Origin: Tubulanus polymorphus
Taxonomy: Eukaryota > Animalia > Nemertea
Direction of reading: 5' to 3'
DNA: 64,000 nucleotides
NCBI RefSeq assembly: GCF_964204645.1
Contig: NC_134029.1
Span: forward strand, 13,046,850 to 13,110,849
Below the pieces are notes generated by a model that saw only the letters and a list, made by a program, of their open reading frames with translations, was not told the DNA's origin and did no database searches. Position numbers and translations under genes: made by a program. Below are positions 25,272-36,183 of this stretch, one piece after another. Each line of letters starts with the position of its first letter. Position 1 is the stretch's first letter.

Positions 25272-25378
25272 AGCGATCGAAGATAGAATAATTGAGAACA
25301 ATAGAAAAGCGGTCCAGTAGGACCGCTTATTGCGCAATACACAGTTATATATTTATTCTGAAAACTACAACATTCAAC
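25272..25378 (+). repeat. Dispersed repeat with hairpin aagcggtcc-agta-ggaccgctt (other copies 26571-26648 and ~26711-26785)
   Basis: Near-identical aatagaaaagcggtccagtaggaccgcttattgcgcaatac blocks. Confidence 0.8.
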
Positions 25379-26570
25379 AAGAAAATTAATTTTAGAAAAT
25401 TATTTGACGCCTGGGAAAAAAATGTAGAATTTCTGGGCTAAGCTAATGTGGAATTGCAAATTTGAAATCGAAGTTTTAAGAAATTTGGGGAATGATGAGA
25501 TTTGGCGATTGGGTAGATGATACAGGTCTTCGACTCTAGTAGTGGTTTAAATTTTTTTATTGAAAATTCTCAATAATTGATCGCGAACTTGCGACCGACT
25601 TCATTTACTTATGCCTCTAAGCTGGTCTGCAACTTCATTGCCTCCATGGATGAAGAAAGAGCTCTTCTGATGTCTGCTTCATTATGACTTCGAGCATATT
25701 GTGTGGCCTAGCCAGCCGGTCCGGTCCCCGGGCCCGGGCCACGCGTTTGGCTGTCACTCGATTTCCTAGAGTCTTGAGTCTGGGTGGGTTGAAGTAGACA
25801 TTGTCATTTAAAATAACATGCTTATGTTGTTCTGTATGAATTACCCGTGTGTCATATATGTTGTATTAATTTATTTTAAAATTTGTATTTATTGAATTTG
25901 GGAATTTTATCCCGGAATTTCAATGTAATAAGGATCAATAAAGAATTGAATTGAATTGTCACCTAATACACATGCCATCAGAGGACACGGAGCCGTATAT
26001 GACAGCTATGCTATTATAAATTGCTAATCTCACGAAACTTGCATACTCCTAATATCAAACATATTTTCACAAACGATTGAATATTGAAATTATATGTTTA
26101 CACATTTTCATATTAACCGCTTGTAGCCGCTGATGAAATTTACGCCGGCCCTACACACATCGTAGATAGCTTCGTCATTCCACCGGCATGCCCACGTCAG
26201 GGTCTGACTTTTATATCAGACTTCCGCATCGTGTATACATCCGCCATTTAACCGAATAATCCGATTTACTTATCATTTCTATTTATGCCTTCCGCTTCTG
26301 ATATAATCATACATCCTTTACTATTACAATACGTCTTCTAATGATATTCAATGCAATATAACATTTCGACGTTCAAATATAGGTCATTATATAATCACAG
26401 GAAGCCATTCTACATCTATGTCAATAATATTTTGCCAGATAGCTTGTTTGTGTACACATAAACCTGTGACGTTTTGCACATCGATTTACGGCTGTCGTTT
26501 GTAAAATGACGCTGAATGGTTAGCATTGTTTAGGTTTCATAATGGTAACGTTTTATAAGGCGTCAAAAAA

Positions 26571-26785
26571 AATAGAAAAGCGGTCCAGTAGGACCGCTTA
26601 TTGCGCAATACACAGTTACATATTTATTCTGAAAACTACAACATTCAAACACAGAACTTTAACCAATCAATACAGAACAGCGACCTAACCCTAACCCTAA
26701 CCCATCAACAACGATCGAAGATACAACAATTGAGGACAAACGAAAAGTGGTCCAGTAGGACCGCTTATTGCGCAATACAAAGTTA
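26571..26785 (+). repeat. Two copies of the hairpin repeat separated by (CTAACC)3 telomere-like units
   Basis: cctaaccctaaccctaaccc at ~26684-26703 lies between two ggtccagtaggacc hairpins. Confidence 0.75.
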
Positions 26786-27563
26786 ACAGTAACCAATCAT
26801 TACAGAACAGCTGTCACCATTAACAACGACCGAACGACGAATGTACACGCAACTGCAATTCCGGCAAATATCATACATTGGAAGTCTATACAGTATGATA
26901 AAACAGCTTCAGTCTCTTGAGATGAAACATCCATAATTTCTGATTCCACATCCATCTTGACTTTCTTGATTCAATGATCTTCATTCTGGTATCTAAAAGA
27001 TATCTAGCATAGAATATAATTAACTTGAAGTTGAACCAGGTTTATGCTTAAATTAGCAAGTCAAATCATTGCTTGTGAGTTTGAGAAGTGGCCCGCATCT
27101 CACTTTATTACAGCTCGGAGTACTCCATACTCACAGCGCTGTTGTTAAATATAGATTAATACACTTAAACATATTTCAAAGTTTCATATTTAGTAGCCCC
27201 CTTTCCCTACTTCATAATAACTACAAAAAACAGTACTTATATTTAGAACTGTAAACTTTAACTCCGAAATGTGTTTCGAGAGAGAAATGCTATGCGTCCT
27301 GTATATACCGTCTGTTCAGTGTGGGTGCCGCGATCCAGTATGATGTAATGCGTCTGCGGTGTTTCACTATGGCTCAATACATCCAGGCACTGTCTGGTGC
27401 TATGGCAACGCTGGCAACAGGTGTTCTTTTATGATGAAATTATTTAATTCTTTACAATTGAATGCAAGCGTGTGACGGATGTTTTGGTAAACAAACCAGA
27501 GCTATGCAATTGTATACAGGTAGTTATATAGGCCGAGTGTTATCGGGCTCTTATTCTAAGCGT

Positions 27564-28400
27564 TTATAAAGATTCAACGTATTTTTCATTCTGTGGAAGA
27601 CTATTCCATAATTCAACAAATGTCTTTGCTTTATCTAGCTGATATAAATATAACTGTAAATCTAATTTGTCAGATTTAATCATATTTTCCTTCTTTTCAA
27701 GATGTCTTAACCCTTTCAGTGCGTCTACACCGCAGTGCGGTGTATAAATCAGTGATGGATTTTGCTAGTACACCGCACTGCGGTGTATTGATGTAATTAG
27801 TAATTTGTAATTATCTCTATTGAAAAATGGCAGCAAGTGTCAAACATAGTGAAATACTAGTAACTAACGATACACCGCACTGCGGTGTAGACGCACTATA
27901 GTGGTATTCCCATTGTTCAACACACTAGGGTGGAATTTTTTAGAATTTTCAATTTTTCTCCAGCACTAAAGGGTATTAATTAGTCAGCACTGAAAGGGTT
28001 AACCCTTCCAATTCCAAATTAACTTTTTATTGTAATCATCATCCATATCAAATTTAGATATTGGTAACACATGATCAATGTGAAAATAATCTCCGTAATT
28101 ATTTAGATTCATTTTATCGTCAAACATATACAATCCATGATTTTAAGAATTCATCTGAACAACCCAACAAATTAGATAGTGTTTCTGAATGTTTATCTTT
28201 ACTGAATAAATGTGATAATCTAGAACCTAGACATTTTCTCATTTTAAAATCAAAATCTGTTCGGCGCCTTTCTTTTTGACAATATTTATTATACTCATTT
28301 TAATATTCTCTATCATTTGCTTGATATTGCTTAATCATATCTTGGCGTGTTTCAGGATTATTTCTATAATTTTGTTTGTCACTTAGTTTACTACAAGTTT
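27564..28400 (-). pseudogene. HNH endonuclease of the giant-virus (NCLDV) type; frameshifted and MITE-interrupted
   Basis: Manual translation: ERRRTDFDFKMRKCLGSRL..LLGCSDEFLKSWI..FDDKMNLNNYGDYFHIDHVLPISKFD..WNWKGL|RHLEKKENMIKSDK..stop at 27564. Confidence 0.75.
27711..27998. mobile_element. piggyBac-type MITE, 288 bp
   Basis: TTAA target duplication (27707-27710, 27999-28002); CCCTTTCAGTGC TIRs; internal tacaccgca(g/c)tgcggtgta palindromes; removing it restores the HNH frame. Confidence 0.92.
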
Positions 28401-28463
28401 TACAATAACTTTGCTTACCATCTTTCTGAGTTTTATGATTATAATATTCTGATAATGATTAAT

Positions 28464-28842
28464 TTATTTTATACTTCCAGCATTTCTTATAGTATATATG
28501 TATTGTTTGTGATTGTTCCTCCATTTATTATACATATTTTTATTAAAATTGATATACTTATTCCCTTTCTCTAAGTGAGATTTAGTTTTATTATGTCTTG
28601 ATTTTTGAGATTTATCTATATTGATTTTACATTTTGGACAGTAGTAATTCTTACTTGCTTCCATTTTAATATCAAATGTTTTATTAAAATGATTTTAGAA
28701 GTTATTCATATATTAAATATTCATTAATAGAAATATTAAAGTAATTGGTAATGTGTTTGTTCAGGTCAAAGGTTGAGTCGAGGGAGTAGAAAATTAAATT
28801 CGAGCGTGCGAGAATTTATTTTTCTACTCGCTCGACCTCTCG
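28464..28842 (-). mobile_element. Polinton copy 2: partial hairpin (28740-28842) plus 5' end of the zinc-finger/PolB ORF
   Basis: MEASKNYYCPKCKINIDKSQKSRHNKTKSHLEK matches the 14902 ORF; upstream sequence matches ~14715-14900. Confidence 0.85.
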
Positions 28843-29015
28843 AATATCACAAAATTCAACTACATCATCGGACAATTAAAAGGTGTAGCTATTGAAACCG
28901 TCCGGGGACTACACGCCTCGGGGGACAATTTTGAAAACTTAATCGCCACGCTGAAAGAGAGTTACGGGCAACCTCGGAAAATCGTAAGAGCTCACGTGAA
29001 CAATCTGGTCGATAA
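28843..29015 (+). mobile_element. BEL/Pao Gag fragment (DUF1759-like)
   Basis: KFNYIIGQLKGVAIETVRGL..DNFENLIATLKESYGQPRKIVRAHVNNL. Confidence 0.7.
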
Positions 29016-29104
29016 AAAAAACACCGTCGTTTAATTATTCGTCTCTGCGTCATTTTATAAACCATTTCATATACCACCTCGGTATTCAAATTGACCAGTG
29101 CGCT

Positions 29105-29114
29105 TCGTTTATTA

Positions 29115-29145
<31 letters not shown>

Positions 29146-29579
29146 CTTTATTGCTCCATTTTTTAACAAAATTTCGAGCACAGAACAGAAAATACATTAT
29201 TGTCACATGCATGCATACATACGTATATACAAATTACAGTTTTAGGGTTGCGGTTTAAATTCGGAGTTTACTACTTAGAGTTGATAAAGCTCGTTTAGGT
29301 TCTTCAGAAAAATCGATAAATTACGCAGCACATTCATTTCTTTTGAACTAAATAGCTGCGACAGTTTATGAAGATTTGGGTTTTCATAAAAATATGCTAA
29401 TATATATAGTTTACGGAGGTCTTCAAAGAAACTACACTCCAAAACCACATGATACTCGTCACCGATTTTGTTTAGGTTACATCTGGTACAAATTCGTTCT
29501 TCTCTCGGTATATTTACGTATCTGCCTGTTACTATGGGTAAGGCATGTTTCGAGCATCGGAATTTTATCAGTGTCATTC
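29105..29579 (-). mobile_element. 3' end of an L2/CR1-group LINE with (AAT)n tail
   Basis: KFRCSKHALPIVTGRY..REERICTRCN..GDEYHVVLEC C-terminal zinc finger; tail microsatellite at ~29108-29147. Confidence 0.8.
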
Positions 29580-29786
29580 TGTCGAAAGGAACGCTTCCAA
29601 ATTGTGCGGCGACAGCGACGCCCGACCAAAAACCACCACAGAACAGGCAACAAGTGTGTAGCGTACGATAGATTTGACTTTAATACCCAAAAATAGTATA
29701 CGACGAGATATTTATAGTAAGCACTGAAACATGCGATTCGGTTGAACAGTTGTTGACACCGTTGGTGACTATGACGGTTCGCGACA
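29580..29786 (-). mobile_element. 3' LTR of a BEL/Pao element
   Basis: TGTCG...CGACA ends; PPT-like ggccgggag immediately before the LTR on the minus strand. Confidence 0.75.
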
Positions 29787-29876
29787 CTCCCGGCCAACTG
29801 ATGAGAAGAAACATAATAATGCAAACTGCAAAACAAGAACACTATGTTAAACATCAACAATATTATAATATCATTT

Positions 29877-30640
29877 CTAATCATCTTCATCATCTTCTAA
29901 CACATACATTTGTTTTATCTTTTTACCGGCCGCGATAGCAGCTAGACGGCTAGAATTAGGTCCATGACCAGAACCTGTTGATTTAGTAGTTACATTCTGA
30001 TCAAAAATATCACATTCTACCTCCAAAGGGTAAAGCTTGGAAACAGGTCGGTTCGTTATACCTTTAGATGTCTTGATAGTGCAAGATCTAACTCTACCAT
30101 CTTGTGTATTTTGATGTAAATCCAAAATGATCCCCAAGTGCCACTTAAGACGGGGCAACTTATCATCGTGAATAATAACAACAGAGCCCTTTTTGATATA
30201 TTCATCGTGACCGATATATCTATGGGTCTCACGTAACCCAGTGAGGTACTCCGATTTCCAACGTTGCCAAAACTGATCTAACAAAGTACACATGTACCGA
30301 TATCTAGAACTCAATGTGGACTGAGTTAGCATAACATCTGGGTCATTAGAAACCACATCACTGCAAGAAGGCAAAGCAGTGATGCGCCTCCCGCAGACCA
30401 AATGTGAAGGAGTCAAAACAATATCATCCTTGATATCAGAAGATATATACATCAAAGATAGTTTCCTTGGCACGAATCTTCTGGCAGCGAATCGTCTGAA
30501 ACAAAAAAGTAAAGATTCGGTAGTATTATCTGTCACAACATCTAAATGGACAGCGCGGGTTACTGAGCAGGTGAATAAACAAACCCAGCTTTTACGACCA
30601 TCCTTTAACCAAAGAGGTCCACAATAGTCAATTATAAGTG
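29877..30640 (-). pseudogene. BEL/Pao integrase fragment with internal deletion
   Basis: IDYCGP, LFTCSVTRAVHLD, FRRFAARR, LTPSHL, FWQRWKSEYL, PRLKWHLG, DGRVRS, RPVSKLYPLE. Confidence 0.9.
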
Positions 30641-30779
30641 AAATAAAAGGCTGGTAATTCCGAAACGCTGCATGATGGCAGTGGTGGGGGATCTGGCAAA
30701 CGGTATGATTTTCCGGGAACTTTCCTACAAGTAACACATGATCGAACGATCGATTTAACTTGCAATATTTTCTGGAATT

Positions 30780-31119
30780 GATATATTTTTATCATAATGA
30801 ATTAACTTTGAATTGTGTTTGTGTATCAAATGAAGTATTTAAATTTCCAATTATCGGTGATCTTATTTCAACTTGTGCACCTAAAACACAATTCTAATAG
30901 ATTGATTTATTCGTTGTATACCTGTTTTCGTAAATCCTTCACTATTTTCTTAAATTAAATAAATTATTATTATTATTATTTTTACCATTATAAAATTATC
31001 GGTAATTTCGGTAATTTATTGAAATTCAATATTTTTAAATCTATATTTCTACCAATATTTATAACCTTAAACCTATATTTCTTTCTATTTAACCGTAACC
31101 TAATTTATTATATATATAC

Positions 31120-31190
<71 letters not shown>

Positions 31191-31905
31191 AAAAACTATT
31201 AACTGGTAATATTCTAACATATTTTCAGGACAAAGAATTGATCTAATTGTTCCAAATTTTTGTTCTTAAATCAGAATTATTTATATTAATATTAAATTCA
31301 TTACAAATTTCGATAAATTAATTTCATTATCCAATTCTTTGTGAAATATTTTATATGAGTTATACTGCAATTCGTAAAGTTGAATACCGAACTGCTGCTA
31401 AATCTGAAGGGCTACTTGCGGACATAAAATTCAGATAAACAGGTCAAAACTAACGATTCAAACGAATTACACATGTGCCGGATTAAAGTTACATTTTACA
31501 TGCTAAATTATGTCTTTTTTGTTCAGATAATGAACCATTTTTATAATTTGTTTAAATAAATAACCACCACCTGTAAATGCTAAAGCATTAACAATTGCTG
31601 ATCGATTAATCGTTATAATTGCATATGCCATTTATTTAACAAAAAAATTAAAAAATTAAACGTCAATTGGAGAAATATATTTCTGTTTTTTCCAAATAAT
31701 CAAAAGTAACTGCTTATGTTAATTTTGAAATATCATTTATATCAAATCTATCAACAATAATATTTCCTTTTTTGAATACTTTTTTTAATAACATTGTATA
31801 TCCAACACTTCCAACTGTTGATAATGCTCCATTATATAATCCATTTATCATCCACTCTTGATCCATTTATTAAGAAAAATCAATTACCATCTTCATAATA
31901 TTTTT
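30780..31905 (-). mobile_element. Polinton-like segment (copy 3, left part) with small decayed genes; contains (TA)n at ~31108-31186
   Basis: TAAATG-initiated ORFs MDQEW..GALSTVGSVGYTML and MAYA..IVNALAFTGGGYLF..KRHNLA, plus SEGFTKTGIQRINQSIR; continuous with 45135-45870 across the HINE insertion. Confidence 0.6.
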
Positions 31906-33469
31906 TTATTAGGGTTTTCTGTTATTTCACAGAAAACCCTATTGATATCCGCGTGATTATTAGGGTTTTCTGTTATTTCACAGAAAACCCTATTGATATC
32001 CGCGTGATTATTATTATTATTATTTTCTTCCACACTATTTTTATCAAAAGAACATAGGCTTTGTTACCTTACCGCTGTTTCATATACAATCCATATAATA
32101 TCGTTCAGCTCACTGAGATCTACAAATAGCCCGCGTGTTTTTTCACGAATCATCGTTACAAAAGCGCTGTCGGGCCGTAAACATCGAAAATTTAGCCCCA
32201 TTCAATGGGGCGACATGTTTTTCGAGTCGTCATCCCGAAATCAACCCGCAGGCCGACTGTCACTTCGATTATCAATTCAAGTATAAATGAACTAATTTAT
32301 TGCCGCAGACTTCAAATTCAGTCGCGGTCTTCAAACAGTGATTTTAACAATAGCCCATTTTCCTCATCAAATCATATTACCGATACACTGGAAATTTACT
32401 ACTTTAGATTTTAAAAGCACTGTCGAGCCGTAAACATCGACGAATCGACGTGTGTTACTACATCGTCGTTCCGGGAATCAGCTGCGAGTTTCTCCTCATC
32501 ATGAGAATCAAATCGAGTACAAATTAATTTATTACTACCAGTGATTTGGCTGCGGGTTTCAAGCAGTTAGTATAACAATACCTATTTTTCTTTACCGAAT
32601 TAACCGTGTATTTACTAAGATAAATCTTAAGTGTACCGGGGAATCGTAGGCCTAAACTAAACACGCCGAAGAGATATAGCGGAGAAAAGCTGTTATGTCG
32701 ACGAGGTATCAAAATAAAAGAATATATTACTTTATTCGGCCGCGGGCTTCAACCTCTATATCAATACCATCAATACTCTATATTTCCTACAGTACATACC
32801 GATCATTGTCAAATGCACAAGGTATTTACTAAATACAAGTATATAACACACTCCTATCAGTATGCTGGACTCACACTTGACATTCGGAGTAAGCGTTCGC
32901 TGTGGGGGAAAGGGATCGTTCGCTGTGTCGCTTGAAGTGTTTATCGAGTTTGACGCGGCTTTAGGCCTACCGGTACTGAGCTTTACTGTATCAAACAAAC
33001 ACAGTACAATTGTTGCGTTTATTAACGGACTCATTGGATTGAACTTCAAAACAAAATTTACGATATTTAGGTGGGTTGTTAAATTCAATAGGCCTACGAC
33101 CAATCTGTCCGGATGTTAGGCCTACGCATATACATAGGCCTACATAGGCTAGTAGCCTCTACTAGGTTAAGCGTTCGCTGTGGGGGAATGGAGATCGTTC
33201 GCTGTGTCGCTTGAAGTGTTTATCGAGTTTTACGCGACCTTAAAAGGCTTTAGTATGGTGGCTGATAAGGGCCATGCGTAAAAAAAACACGTATATGCAA
33301 ATGAGGGCGACATTATGACAAAACTAAAATAACGTGACAAAACAATAATTTTGGTTTTGAATTGTCATGGGCGACAAAACCAAAATATTGATTTGTCGCG
33401 GGTGACAAAACCAAATTAATGAATTTTCGCGTGCGATAAAACCAAAATAATGAATTGTCGCGGGTTAGT

Positions 33470-35765
33470 TTGGTTTTATCGCCCGCGACAATTCATCATT
33501 TTGGTTTTTCCGCCGCGACAATTCATTTTTTGGATTTGTTGCCCGCGACAATACAATATTTTGGTTTTATCGCCAGCGACAATTCATTAGTTTGGTTTTG
33601 TCACCCGTGACAATTCAAGATTTTGGTTTTTCTGCCGCGACAATTCCTATTTTGGATTTGTCGCCTGCGACAATACAATATTTTGGTTTTGTCACCCGCG
33701 ACAAATCAATATTTTGGTTTTGTCGCCCATGACAATTCAATATTTTGGTTTTTATCACCCGCGACAATTCATTATTTTGGTTTTATCGCCCGCGACAATT
33801 CATTATTTTGGTTTTATCGCCCGCGACAATACAATATTTTGTTTTTATCGCCCGCGACAATTCATTATTTTGGTTTTATCGCCCGCGACAATTCATTAAT
33901 TTGGTTTTGTCACCCGCGACAAAACAATAATTTTTATTTTGTTGCCCGCGACAATTCATTTTTTTGGTTTTATCGCCCGCGACAATTCATTATTGTGGTT
34001 TTATCGCCCGCGACAATTCATTAATTTGGTTTTGTCACCCGCGACAAATCAATATTTTGGTTTTGTCGCCCATGACAATTCAATATTTTGGTTTTTATCG
34101 CCCGCGACAATTCATTATTTTGGTTTTATCGCCCGCGACAATTCATTAATTTGGTTTTATCGCCCGCGACAATTTTTTTTTTGTCGCGGTTTTATCGCCC
34201 GCGACAATTCATTATTTTGGTTTAATCGCCCGCAACAATTCATTAGTTTGGTTTTGTCGCCTGCGACAATTCAAGATTTTGGTTTTTCTGCCGCGACAAT
34301 TCATTATTTTGGTTTAATCGCCCGCAACAATTCATTAGTTTGGTTTTGTCGCCTGCGACAATTCAAGATTTTGGTTTTTCTGCCGCGACAATTCATTATT
34401 TTGGTTTTATCGCCTGCGACAATTCATTATTTTGGTTGTCGCACGCGACAATAGCGACAATTCAAGATTTTGGTTTTTCTGCCGCGACAATTCATTTTTT
34501 GGATTTGTCGCCCGCGACAATACAATATTTTGGTTTTGTCACCCGCGACAAATCAATATTTTGGTTTTTTCGCCTATGACAATTCAATATTTTGGTTTTT
34601 ATCACCCGCGACAATTCATTATTTTGGTTTTATCGCCCGCGACAATTCATTATTTTGATTTTATCGCCCGCGACATTCATTATTTTGGTTTTATCGCCCG
34701 CGACAATTCAAGATTTTGGTTTTTCTGCCGCGACAATTCATTTTTTGGATTTGTCGCCCGCGACAATACAATATTTTGGTTTTATCGCCAGCGACAATTC
34801 ATTATTTTGGTTTTATCGCCCGCGACAATTCATTTTTTGGATTTGTCGCCCACGACAATTCAATATTTTGGTTTTATCGCCCGCGACAATTCATTATTTT
34901 TGTTTTATCGCTCGCAACAATTCATTAGTTTGGTTTTGTCGCCCGCGACAATTCAAGATTTTGGTTTTTCTGCCGCGACAATTCATTTTTTGGATTTGTC
35001 GCCCGCGACAATACAATATTTTGGTTTTGTCGACCGCGACAAAACAATATTTTGGTTTTGTCGCCCTCGACAATTCAATATTTTGGTTTTACCGCCCGCG
35101 ACAATTCATTATTTTGGTTTTATCGCCCCCGACAATTCATTATTTTGGTTTTGTCGCACGCGACAATAGCGACAATTCAAGATTTTGGTTTTATCGCCCG
35201 CGACAATTCATTTTTTGGATTTGTCGCCCACGACAATTCAATATTTTGGTTTTATCGCCCGCGACAATTCATTATTTTGGTTTTATCGCCCGCGACAACT
35301 TTTTTTCTTTTTGTCGCGGTTTTATCGCCTGCGACACTTCAATATTTTGGTTTTATCGCCTGCGACAATTTATTATTTTGGTTTTATCGCCCGCGACAAT
35401 TCATTAGTTTGGTTTTGTCGCCCGCTACAATTCATGATTTTGGTTTTATCGCCCACGACAATTCATTTTTTTGGTTTTATCGCCTGCGACAATTTATTAT
35501 TTTGGTTTTATCCCCCGCGACATTTCATTAGTTTGGTTTTGTTGCCCGTGACAATTGAATATTTTGGTTTTGTCGTCCACGACAATTCATTATTTTGGTT
35601 TTATCGCCCGAGACAATTCATTTTTTTGGTTTTGTCACTCGCGACAATTCAATATTTTGGTTTTATCGCCAGCGACAATTGATTATTTTGGTTTTATCGC
35701 CCGCGACAATTGATTATTTTGGTTTTATCGCCCGCGACAATTAATTTTTTTGGTTTTGTCGCCCA
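33470..35765 (+). repeat. 31-bp satellite array 1 (consensus tcgcccgcgacaattcattattttggtttta), preceded by inverted units at ~33310-33465
   Basis: Directly visible tandem repeat. Confidence 0.97.
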
Positions 35766-35854
35766 CATTATTAGCTTTTGAATAATTAGGCCAATTGATA
35801 ACGTAATAAAGACTTATGCTTTCGCCTATTTTGAAGTCGATTAATCTGATATAG

Positions 35855-36183
35855 TACGGAAGCGATAAAGGGCCTCGAGTTGTTGCGTTCAAACTCGACA
35901 AGTCGCCATATTTATGTCGATATATCGCGATATATCGTGTCAAGTCCACATGAATATGTCTACATTTCGTGACGTTTTCACGACAAATTGCGCTTATTTG
36001 CTCATTTTCCACGGGACAAGCCGTCAAGGAAAATGGTTGAGAAAACGAAATATGTCGTCAAAACGTCACGATATATCGACATATTCATGTCGACTTGACG
36101 CGATATATCGCGGTATGTTGACAATAATATGGCGACTTGTCGAGTTGGAACGCGTCATCTCGAGGCCCCTTATCGCTTCCGTA
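35855..36183. mobile_element. Palindromic MITE with TACGG...CCGTA termini (IS3EU-like); partial second copy at ~36259-36365
   Basis: tacggaagcgataaagggcctcgag pairs with ctcgaggccccttatcgcttccgta; flanking duplication gatatag. Confidence 0.75.

Noticed and set aside
32205-33119. Duplicated short ORFs (also 37688-38597)
   Set aside because: Conserved only because the non-coding HINE body is recently duplicated; no domain motifs.
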